Source: Candidatus Heimdallarchaeum aukensis
GTDB lineage: Archaea > Asgardarchaeota > Heimdallarchaeia > Heimdallarchaeales > Heimdallarchaeaceae
NCBI GenBank assembly: GCA_021513695.1
Contig: CP084166.1
Coordinates: 1,504,001-1,568,000, forward strand
Direction of reading: 5' to 3'
DNA length: 64,000 nt
Shown piece after piece: positions 31,645 to 39,349 of the stretch (position 1 is the first letter of the stretch; every line of letters begins with the position of its first letter). Made by a program: the position numbers and the translations under genes. The notes beneath the pieces were generated by a model. The model searched no databases and was not told where the DNA came from. It saw only the letters and a list, made by a program, of their open reading frames with translations.

Positions 31645-32336
31645 TTTAATTCCTCAATCAAGTTCTGAAAAATAGTTCTACCATCCTCTGAACCTAAATA
31701 ATTAAAACTTGCACGCTCAGGGTGGGGCATCAAACCTAAGACATTTCCTTCTTTATTCGTTATTCCTGCAATATTATCTACAGAACCGTTAGGGTTACTG
31801 TCTTCAGAAATAACACCTTTTTCATCACAATACTGTAAAGCGATTTGATTTTTTTTCTTAAGTTCTATAATTTGTGAATTTGTAGCATAATAATTACCAT
31901 CAAAGTGAGCAATGGGGATTCTCCATATTTTGTTTTCTGAATTCCTCAGTAAAACACTGTTGCTTTTATTAATTTTTACATACACCCATCTAGAAACAAA
32001 TTTGGTTGAACGGTTCGTTGTTAAAACTCCAGGTAGAATTCCCGTCTCACAGAGAATTTGAAAACCGTTACATATTCCTATAACAAAATTCCCTTGCTCT
32101 ACAAATTTAGGCAATTCTTGCATTATTGCTGTTTTTGCTGCAATAACTCCTGGTCTTAGGTAATCCCCAAAAGAAAATCCTCCTGCAATGATTAGAGCAT
32201 TTAAATCTTTCAATTTATCTGCATCCTTTTCGTAAATCAGTACACCTTCGACACCAAATGATGAGAGAGCTCTTAAAACATCTTGTTCATTGTTTGTTCC
32301 TGGAAATTTTGTTACCCCTATTTTCATTATCATCAT
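31641..32336 (-). CDS. purQ: FGAM synthase I (glutaminase subunit)
   Basis: Class-I GATase with IAGGFSFGDY and the catalytic Cys context GICNGFQIL. Confidence 0.85.
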   Translation of the reverse strand: MMIMKIGVTKFPGTNNEQDVLRALSSFGVEGVLIYEKDADKLKDLNALIIAGGFSFGDYLRPGVIAAKTAIMQELPKFVEQGNFVIGICNGFQILCETGILPGVLTTNRSTKFVSRWVYVKINKSNSVLLRNSENKIWRIPIAHFDGNYYATNSQIIELKKKNQIALQYCDEKGVISEDSNPNGSVDNIAGITNKEGNVLGLMPHPERASFNYLGSEDGRTIFQNLIEELK

Positions 32337-32339
32337 CCT

Positions 32340-33329
32340 TTATTCAAAAGAGAAGTCTATTGAGTAAGTTTCAATTAGAGGATTTGCCAGAATTTCATTA
32401 CTTATTGTTTCTGTGACATCCCAAAGTTTTGACCCAGGAGCAGATGTAAAACTAATAACAACGCTTTTTCCGATATTTACTTTTGATACCTGCTTGTAAC
32501 CAAGACGTAATAAAGAGCGAATGGTTATATCTCCAGCAGGATCTAGAACTGATTCTTTCAAATCGATTGTAACTCTAACTTTAGTCTTTAACTCTATTTT
32601 TGGAAGCTCTTTAATTTGTTCTAATCTAAGAGCAATGTCATTATAATGGTCTACAACGTTACCTAGATCTTTTCTATATCTATCTTTGTCTTTTATTTCC
32701 CCAGAACTCATTTCCCATAGACGCATCGTATCAGCAGATATCTCATCAGCTAAAATGAGTTTGCCATCTGTTGTTCTTCCAAATTCTAATTTAAAATCAA
32801 CTAAAGTTAAACCAATTTTCTTGAACACTTCTCTTAAAATATAGTTTACTGCTAATGTTACAGCTTTTATAATTATTTTTTCTTTTTCATTAATCCAACC
32901 TAATCTTATTGCTACTTCTTCAGTAACCAAAGGGTCATGAAGTTCATCATTTTTATAAAAGAGTTCAACGATAGGTTTCTCAAAGGAAATACCTTTCTCT
33001 ACACCATATCTTCTACAGAAGCTTCCTGCTGTAATATTCCTACAAACTGATTCAACAGGAATAATTTCCACTTTTTTACAAATGAGTTCATTTGATGATT
33101 CTTGTTTCAAATAATGTGTTTCAACCCCATAATGGTGAAGAACTTCAAACAATATCCGTGATATTTTACAATTAGCTTCTCCCTTTCCTTTTAGTTCATC
33201 AATTTTGACACCATCAAATGCCGATATCGAATTTCTAAATACAATCTTAACTTTTTCATCATCAAGAATTATAACATCTTTTGCTTTTCCAGAATATAAT
33301 TGTTCCAACACAAACCACCATTGCACCAT
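32340..33329 (-). CDS. purCS: SAICAR synthetase fused to PurS (PurC-PurS)
   Basis: N-terminal ~240 aa match PurC: LYSGKAKDV, SAFDG, LVDFKLEFG and LADEISADTMRLW. The C-terminal ~85 aa match PurS: KVRVTIDLKESVLDPAGDITIRSLLRLGY..V..V.IGKSVVISF. Confidence 0.8.
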   Translation of the reverse strand: MVQWWFVLEQLYSGKAKDVIILDDEKVKIVFRNSISAFDGVKIDELKGKGEANCKISRILFEVLHHYGVETHYLKQESSNELICKKVEIIPVESVCRNITAGSFCRRYGVEKGISFEKPIVELFYKNDELHDPLVTEEVAIRLGWINEKEKIIIKAVTLAVNYILREVFKKIGLTLVDFKLEFGRTTDGKLILADEISADTMRLWEMSSGEIKDKDRYRKDLGNVVDHYNDIALRLEQIKELPKIELKTKVRVTIDLKESVLDPAGDITIRSLLRLGYKQVSKVNIGKSVVISFTSAPGSKLWDVTETISNEILANPLIETYSIDFSFE

Positions 33330-33549
33330 ATTGCAAATTTATTTGATGTTTAATTTGATACGAAAATTTTATTAGATTAATAAATGTTGCGGAATACAAC
33401 GAAAAAATAGCATAAAATGGTTAATAGCGAGAATAGAGCGTTAAAAAAACAGCCATCTAATGAGGAAGTGTTTTGCACCATTATGCAACACCCAATGTTG
33501 TTGCTTAAAAAAATTTAACAATGAGTATATTTTTATTGTTCTGAGTGCA
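33330..33549. promoter_or_regulatory. divergent pur operon / regulator intergenic region with two TTGCACCAT(A/T)(T/A)TGCAA palindromic sites
   Basis: ttgcaccatattgcaa at 33321-33336 overlaps the purCS start codon. ttgcaccattatgcaa at 33473-33488 is its near-identical partner. AT-rich TATA-like tracts lie between them. Confidence 0.4.
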
Positions 33550-34329
33550 ATGAGTTCATTAGATAGTTACTTTGATGCTAAAGAAAAGCTTATGGTTCTC
33601 AATCTACTAAGAATGGTTTTTAAAAAATTTACAACTCTTGAAGATCTTAAAACATATCTCGATAATAAAGGAGTGGAAATTTCAATAGCAAATTTATCTA
33701 GATATATTAATGGAAAAGCTCTTCCAAAATCAAAGTTAAAAGATAAATTATTAGAAGTGCTTGTTGGGAATAGAGAACTTGGTTTGGACATCGACTTACT
33801 TACACACAAGCATATTGAGATTTGGCCTAGCGAGTATGGGATAGCTGTCAACAATGGTCATTTGTTGAATGACTCAAAAGCTCTTAATGCGATATTGTTT
33901 ATGGCAATTTATAAACAGTTTATCCCAACTGATGTTGATAAAGTTATTACAGCAGAAGTTGATGGTATTGTAATTGCTAGTACTTTAGCTCATTTGCTAA
34001 ACATTGATTGTGTATATGCTAGAAAGAAAAAGCCTACAGGTTCATTTCGCTGTTTATCAGAGGATATTCAATCTGCAACAGCAAGTAGAATCGAAACTCT
34101 TTATTTTCCTGAGAAATATATAAGAAAAAATGAAAGGGTTATCATTATTGATGATATAATCCGTTCAGGTTCTACACAAAAAGCTTTAGTAAATCTTGTA
34201 AGAAAGGCAGGAGGAATCCCAGTTAAAGTAATTATTCTTATTGGTATTGGCTCTCATTGGGAGAAGATTACAAAATTAAGTAATATACCTTTTAAAGCCT
34301 TGACAGTTGTACCTCGGTCTGAAACCTAA
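33550..34329 (+). CDS. putative purine-pathway transcriptional regulator: N-terminal HTH domain plus type-I phosphoribosyltransferase (PRPP-binding) domain
   Basis: HTH segment EDLKTYLDNKGVEISIANLSRYINGKA. PRPP-binding loop VIIIDDIIRSGST. The ORF track extends the start to 33460, but the Cys-rich leader MRKCFAPLCNTQCCC looks non-native, so ATG 33550 (MSSLDSYF) is preferred. Confidence 0.6.
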   Translation: MSSLDSYFDAKEKLMVLNLLRMVFKKFTTLEDLKTYLDNKGVEISIANLSRYINGKALPKSKLKDKLLEVLVGNRELGLDIDLLTHKHIEIWPSEYGIAVNNGHLLNDSKALNAILFMAIYKQFIPTDVDKVITAEVDGIVIASTLAHLLNIDCVYARKKKPTGSFRCLSEDIQSATASRIETLYFPEKYIRKNERVIIIDDIIRSGSTQKALVNLVRKAGGIPVKVIILIGIGSHWEKITKLSNIPFKALTVVPRSET

Positions 34330-34454
34330 AATTTAGAAAAATTTTTTGTAACTAATTACACATTTTTCGAAACATAAACGAGTTTTAGAAAATTAAAATA
34401 TCCAATTTCCTATACCAAATGTTTTTTTAGAAGAATAGTATTATTCTAATTGTC

Positions 34455-35450
34455 ATGTCTACGACTGATGTTTATTCAAAACTGACAAGTAATTTAAGCC
34501 AATCAATTTTTTCTATCCTAATGGGGGCATTATTTAGTGCAGTTATTTTATTGTTGTTTCCTGAGACATCGACGCTTATCCTTTTTATATTTGAGATACC
34601 TTTAGGTTTCTTAATTGCTTTAATTATTACAACAGAGTGTTTGTATGAATACAGAGATGAAATATCGCTCGATACAACAGTTAAAATGATTGGTCCATTA
34701 TTTAAATCTATTTTAATTTCAATCCCTGTTATTTTCCTTTATAGCGCAATCATTATCATATTACAGGCAGTTATTCCATCTTTTCAAGAAGTTCTAGAAG
34801 AATTTTTAGCTAAAAACGTTCAAGCAATAAGAGAAACAATAATTGCGATTCCTATTTTATTTTTTATCCCAAACATTATCATGGCGGCTTGTATGCCCAT
34901 TTTTCTTTACTCATACGCAAAAATACATGTCTTACTCTTTGGAAAACCAAAAGAGAGAGCAAAAGCTAAAAAATCATTTGAACAAGAAAGAGCTGAGCTC
35001 GAATTTAAAGAAAAGAAAGAAGATGTTCTTAAACAAATTTATGATGAAAATATCCGAATGCAGCAATACCTTCTTGAGTTACAAGTTCTTCCTAAAGAAA
35101 TTGAAAAAATAAACAGTCATGAAAGCTATAAAGCATTACTTTCACGATTAGAAATGATGAGCTCATATGTAGAATCAGTAGGGGGTTTTTCAGATAAAAG
35201 TTATAAAAATATATTAGAGGAGGAAGATGTAAAAGAAAGTCTTTCAACTCTTAATATTCAAAGGAATGCTGTTGCAGAAAAAGTGAAAGAGTACATCAAA
35301 GATCTTAAGAAATCGAAGAAACAATATGAAAAGCCTATAGACGAAGAAGAATTTGAAGAGGAAGATGTAGAAGAAAAAGAAACCCATGAAGAGATCACGG
35401 AAGAAGAAAAAGAAACTGAAGAAAGAACAAATGAAAAAAAGACAGAATAA
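34455..35450 (+). CDS. membrane protein (4-5 TM) with C-terminal coiled-coil and poly-acidic tail
   Basis: Hydrophobic N-terminal half and a charged helical C-terminal half ending EEEFEEEDVEEKETHEEITEEEKETEE. Confidence 0.45.
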   Translation: MSTTDVYSKLTSNLSQSIFSILMGALFSAVILLLFPETSTLILFIFEIPLGFLIALIITTECLYEYRDEISLDTTVKMIGPLFKSILISIPVIFLYSAIIIILQAVIPSFQEVLEEFLAKNVQAIRETIIAIPILFFIPNIIMAACMPIFLYSYAKIHVLLFGKPKERAKAKKSFEQERAELEFKEKKEDVLKQIYDENIRMQQYLLELQVLPKEIEKINSHESYKALLSRLEMMSSYVESVGGFSDKSYKNILEEEDVKESLSTLNIQRNAVAEKVKEYIKDLKKSKKQYEKPIDEEEFEEEDVEEKETHEEITEEEKETEERTNEKKTE

Positions 35451-35480
35451 AAAATTAAAATATTGAAAATAAGGAAAAAA

Positions 35481-36161
35481 CTATTTTGCTTTTTTATAAG
35501 CATCTAGTAACTTAGAGATATATCCATCTTCAGGATATGCTCCTTCAAATTCGACTAACAACTTGTTTCCTTGCAGAATGACTGTTTTTGGTACTCCCAT
35601 AACATAATACTTCTGTGATAATTCTGGAAACTCTGTTGCTTCAACCATTTCTCCAGTTATATTAGGATTAGCCATAGCAGATTTGTGAGCTAATCTTACT
35701 GCTTGAGGGCAGTAGGGACATGTGGGAGTTATAAAAACTTGTATATGAAGAGCCTTATCAATTTTTTCGAGTTTCTTAAGTGTCTCTTCTTTTAATGTAA
35801 CTTTTCCTAAAGAGATGTCAAGAATATCTTCAATAATTGTTCCAAATTCGTATCCAGAGGGGATACCTGTAAGAAGAACTTTTCCTTTAACAATTGGTCC
35901 TTCGAGAATTATGGCAGGAAAATTTACTATACCATATTTTTCGATCTCATCATCATTTTCTCCAGTTTTATATTCTTCAAGTTTAATTTTTCCTTCTGGA
36001 GCAAGTTCTGCAATTATTTTAATAATTTCTTTTGTTTCGTTGCAAGTTAAACATCTGTCATCTGAAAGGAAAAGCTTCGCTATGACTGTATTTTCCATAT
36101 GCAAAAGCATTTCTCTTACTTGGTGTTTAATATCATCACTTATATTGATACTCATAATCAT
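35481..36161 (-). CDS. pdo: protein disulfide oxidoreductase (two thioredoxin-fold units, glutaredoxin-like)
   Basis: Two CxxC sites (CLTC in unit 1, CPYC in unit 2) and a 226-aa length match archaeal PDO (Pyrococcus PfPDO-type). Confidence 0.75.
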   Translation of the reverse strand: MIMSINISDDIKHQVREMLLHMENTVIAKLFLSDDRCLTCNETKEIIKIIAELAPEGKIKLEEYKTGENDDEIEKYGIVNFPAIILEGPIVKGKVLLTGIPSGYEFGTIIEDILDISLGKVTLKEETLKKLEKIDKALHIQVFITPTCPYCPQAVRLAHKSAMANPNITGEMVEATEFPELSQKYYVMGVPKTVILQGNKLLVEFEGAYPEDGYISKLLDAYKKAK

Positions 36162-36310
36162 TACCTTTTTGTTTTATATATATTTCTTCAAAATTATTTT
36201 TTTAAATATTAGCTTCTAACAAAAAAACATTACTCTAAATAAGAAACAAGAAAAATTACAATTTTTTATACAAGAAATATTAGTCAAATAAACTATCTAT
36301 TCCCCAAAAC

Positions 36311-36583
36311 TTAACCAGTTCTTTTAATGATATGAAATCCGAACTCAGTTTTAACAATATCAGATAATTCGCCCTTCTTCAAGGAGAAGGCAGCTTTTTC
36401 AAATTCTTTAACCATTTGACCATGGGTGAAAAAACCTAGGTTTCCTCCTCTTTTCTTACTTGGGCATGTTGAGTATTTTCTAGCTAATTCCGCAAAATCA
36501 GCTCCATCTTGTAATTCTTTCAATATTCTTTCAGCCTCAGATCTCTTTTTTACTAAAATATGACTTGCCTTAACTTTAACCAT
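36311..36583 (-). CDS. parvulin-type peptidyl-prolyl cis-trans isomerase (PpiC/Par10-like), copy 1
   Basis: ASHILVK...AE.IL..L..GADF..LA.KYS.CPS...GG.LG.F..G.MVKEFE.AAF.L..GE.S..V.T.FG.HIIKR. Confidence 0.75.
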   Translation of the reverse strand: MVKVKASHILVKKRSEAERILKELQDGADFAELARKYSTCPSKKRGGNLGFFTHGQMVKEFEKAAFSLKKGELSDIVKTEFGFHIIKRTG

Positions 36584-36652
36584 TTTATCACCATTTTATT
36601 AAGTTACATATTATTTTAAAACTATTCGTATAAAAGCAATAACTTATTTCTG

Positions 36653-36937
36653 TTATTCTTCTCTTTTTATGATGTGATAGCCTATTTTTGTTTTAACAAC
36701 ACCAGATATTTCACCTTTGTTGAGTTTAAAGGCCACATCCTCAAATTCCTTAATCATTCTTCCTTTTGAAAATTCAGGAAGTTTTCCACCATTTTTTCTT
36801 GTAGTACAAAGAGAATGGGTTTTTGCAAGGTTATTAAAATCAGCCCCATGTTTTAATTTCTCTAAAATTTGCTCAGCCTCGGAATATTTTTTTACAAAGA
36901 TATGGGATACCTTTACTTTATCTGTCACTTTTACCAT
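36653..36937 (-). CDS. parvulin-type peptidyl-prolyl cis-trans isomerase, copy 2 (tandem paralog)
   Basis: Same motif set as copy 1 (VSHIFVKK...GADFNNLAKTHSLC...GGKL.EF..G.MIKEFEDVAFKL.KGEISGVVKT.IGYHIIKR). Roughly 45% identical to the neighbour. Confidence 0.75.
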   Translation of the reverse strand: MVKVTDKVKVSHIFVKKYSEAEQILEKLKHGADFNNLAKTHSLCTTRKNGGKLPEFSKGRMIKEFEDVAFKLNKGEISGVVKTKIGYHIIKREE

Positions 36938-37060
36938 CCTATTTTTTTTAGAGAATAGCCTATAATATAGAGAATACTAACAGCATATTTATAAAGGATA
37001 AATCCTATTTAACACTTTTGAATAAGGAAAGAATCTTTTTCCATTTTAAAAAAAAGAAAA

Positions 37061-37753
37061 TTATTCAAGTATTATTCTTGCATCTATTGCTTTTAAGCCC
37101 TCTTCAGTAACCATTACGGGATTTAAGTCCATTTCTTTAATTTCAGGATGGTCTTCAACAAGCTTTGAGATATTTAGAAGTAGAGACTTTAAATCATCCA
37201 TTTTCAAAGCAGGCATTCCTCTAAAACCTTCTAACATCTTTCTTCCTTTTATTTCACGGTACATTTCTTCTACATCATTTTCAGAGATTGGAATTAACCT
37301 AAAAGAAACATCCTTGTAAACTTCTACGAAAATTCCTCCAATGCCAAAAGCAATCATCTTTCCAAATTGAGGGTCGGTAGTTTGGCCTATCAACACTTCA
37401 ACACCCGAGACCATCTCTTCTATTGAGAAACCCTCTATTTTCGCTCCAGGATGGTAAGATGTTACCGATTCCATCATTTCTTCATATGCCTTCTTCAATT
37501 CTGAATCTGATTTTATACCTACCTTTACTCCTCCAGCTTCTGTTTTGTGAATAATATCCTCTGAAATTACTTTAAGGACTACAGGATAGCCGATTTCGTT
37601 TGCTTTTACTATGCACTCATCTAAATCTTTTGCTACTGCAATTTTGTTTAGAGGAACTCCAGCTAGTTCCATAACCTTTCTTGATTCTTCATAGGTTAGG
37701 ACATTACGTCCTTGACCCTTTACTTCTTCAAATATTTTATTAATTTCATTCAT
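37061..37753 (-). CDS. acetyl-CoA synthetase (ADP-forming) beta subunit, paralog 2
   Basis: ATP-grasp motifs collinear with 13923-14612 (LTYEESRKVMELAGVP...GYPVVLKVISEDIIHKTEAGGVK). Confidence 0.75.
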   Translation of the reverse strand: MNEINKIFEEVKGQGRNVLTYEESRKVMELAGVPLNKIAVAKDLDECIVKANEIGYPVVLKVISEDIIHKTEAGGVKVGIKSDSELKKAYEEMMESVTSYHPGAKIEGFSIEEMVSGVEVLIGQTTDPQFGKMIAFGIGGIFVEVYKDVSFRLIPISENDVEEMYREIKGRKMLEGFRGMPALKMDDLKSLLLNISKLVEDHPEIKEMDLNPVMVTEEGLKAIDARIILE

Positions 37754-39187
37754 TTATTTACACCCCTCATATCTTCTTGTTAAACTATCGACATTTTCTC
37801 TTCTGAGGAATTTTCCTCTATCAACTAATGCTTTCATCGCAATAACTGCTCTCTCAGCAGAAGGCAAGGTTGGTATACCTTTGTAGTTCAACCATTTGAA
37901 AGCTTCTAAATGGTCCATTCCAACAAAAGCACAAACTATAGGTTTTTTAGTTGTTGTGCTAACTTGATAAATTGCATCAGCAACTTTATCAGGAACAGCT
38001 CTTGACCCTGGATTAAATAAGGGACAAACACCATCAACTTCTGGAGCATCAACCAAAATTTGCAATACTTTTCTAAACCTAACATGATCTGCGTCACCGA
38101 TAATATCAACAGGGTTTTGTTTACTCCAAGTTGGAGGACAGACTTCATTTATTTTGGCAACTGTTTCTTTGCTTAATGTTGCTAGCTTCAACCCCACGTC
38201 TGCTGCCTTATCTGCTGAAATGACTATTATTCCTCCAGCATTACTCAAGATTGCGATATTTTCTCCATCAGGTGGAAGTTGAGTGCTAAATGCTTGAGCA
38301 ACATCAAATAATTCAAACCATTCTTTTGCTCGATATACCCCAGCTTGTTTAAAAGCAGCCTCATAACTTGCATCCTGTGTACTAATGGAACCAGTGTGAC
38401 TTGAAGCAGCAGCTGCTCCGTATGAAGTCCGCCCAGATTTTAAAACTACAATAGGTTGTCTCCAAGTAATTTTTTTAGCTTCTTCAAAGAATTTTCGTCC
38501 ATCTGGCATGCTTTCTACATAGAGTCCGATACATTTCGTTTTATAATCGTCAGCAAAATACTCCAGCAAATCAGCATCATCTACATCTGCTTTGTTTCCA
38601 ATACTAATGAAGTGAGAGTAACCTATTCCTACTTTATTGCTGTGCAGTATTGCTGAAATACAGAGAGCTCCTGATTGACTAATGAAAGCGAGAGTGCCTT
38701 TTTGTGGGGCTTCATCAGCGAATGTACCATTGAATTGAATATGCGGATTATAAATACCCAGACAATTTGGTCCTACAATTCGCATATTATAACTTCTAGC
38801 TATCTTTACTATTTCTTCTTCTGCATCTTTTTTACCAGTTTCTCCAAAACCCGCTGTAATAATAACTGCTGCTTTTACTCCTTTTTTTCCACATTCATGA
38901 AGAACAGAGATAACAAATTGGGGAGGAACAACAATAATTGCTTGATCTACCTCATCAGGCACATCTAAAATGGACTTATATGCTTTAAATCCCAGTATCT
39001 CGTCTGCTTTAGGATGAACTGGAAAGATTTTACCTTGAAATCCCTTTTTTCTATCAGTTTCACCCACTAAATAATGAACTATATTATCCATAATCCTGTT
39101 TCCTATTTTATCAGGAGTGGGAGTTGCACCTATAATAGCTACTGATTTTGGTTCAAAAAGAGCTTTTATTCCAGGATCGGTATTCAA
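37754..39187 (-). CDS. acetyl-CoA synthetase (ADP-forming) alpha subunit, paralog 2
   Basis: CoA-binding N-terminus KSVAIIGATPTPDKIG, NCLGIYNP, SGALCISA and the His loop AASSHTGSIS. Confidence 0.8.
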   Translation of the reverse strand: MNTDPGIKALFEPKSVAIIGATPTPDKIGNRIMDNIVHYLVGETDRKKGFQGKIFPVHPKADEILGFKAYKSILDVPDEVDQAIIVVPPQFVISVLHECGKKGVKAAVIITAGFGETGKKDAEEEIVKIARSYNMRIVGPNCLGIYNPHIQFNGTFADEAPQKGTLAFISQSGALCISAILHSNKVGIGYSHFISIGNKADVDDADLLEYFADDYKTKCIGLYVESMPDGRKFFEEAKKITWRQPIVVLKSGRTSYGAAAASSHTGSISTQDASYEAAFKQAGVYRAKEWFELFDVAQAFSTQLPPDGENIAILSNAGGIIVISADKAADVGLKLATLSKETVAKINEVCPPTWSKQNPVDIIGDADHVRFRKVLQILVDAPEVDGVCPLFNPGSRAVPDKVADAIYQVSTTTKKPIVCAFVGMDHLEAFKWLNYKGIPTLPSAERAVIAMKALVDRGKFLRRENVDSLTRRYEGCK

Positions 39188-39349
39188 ATTTATCGACTCC
39201 AGTGTTTAGTTGAACAAAATTAAACTCATTTAAAACATTAATGTTAAGTAATTATAACAACAAAAGAAGATAAACCAATAGAATGGAGATATGTCTAAAT
39301 AGTAATATTCACCCATCATTTATATAAAAGAAAATGAGATTAACAAATA

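Noticed and set aside
33460-33549. Upstream extension of the HTH-PRTase regulator ORF (MRKCFAPLCNTQCCC...)
   Set aside because: The Cys-rich leader has no counterpart in HTH-PRTase proteins, and it overlaps the palindromic candidate operator. The downstream ATG at 33550 is the more plausible start. The extension is kept only as an alternative.
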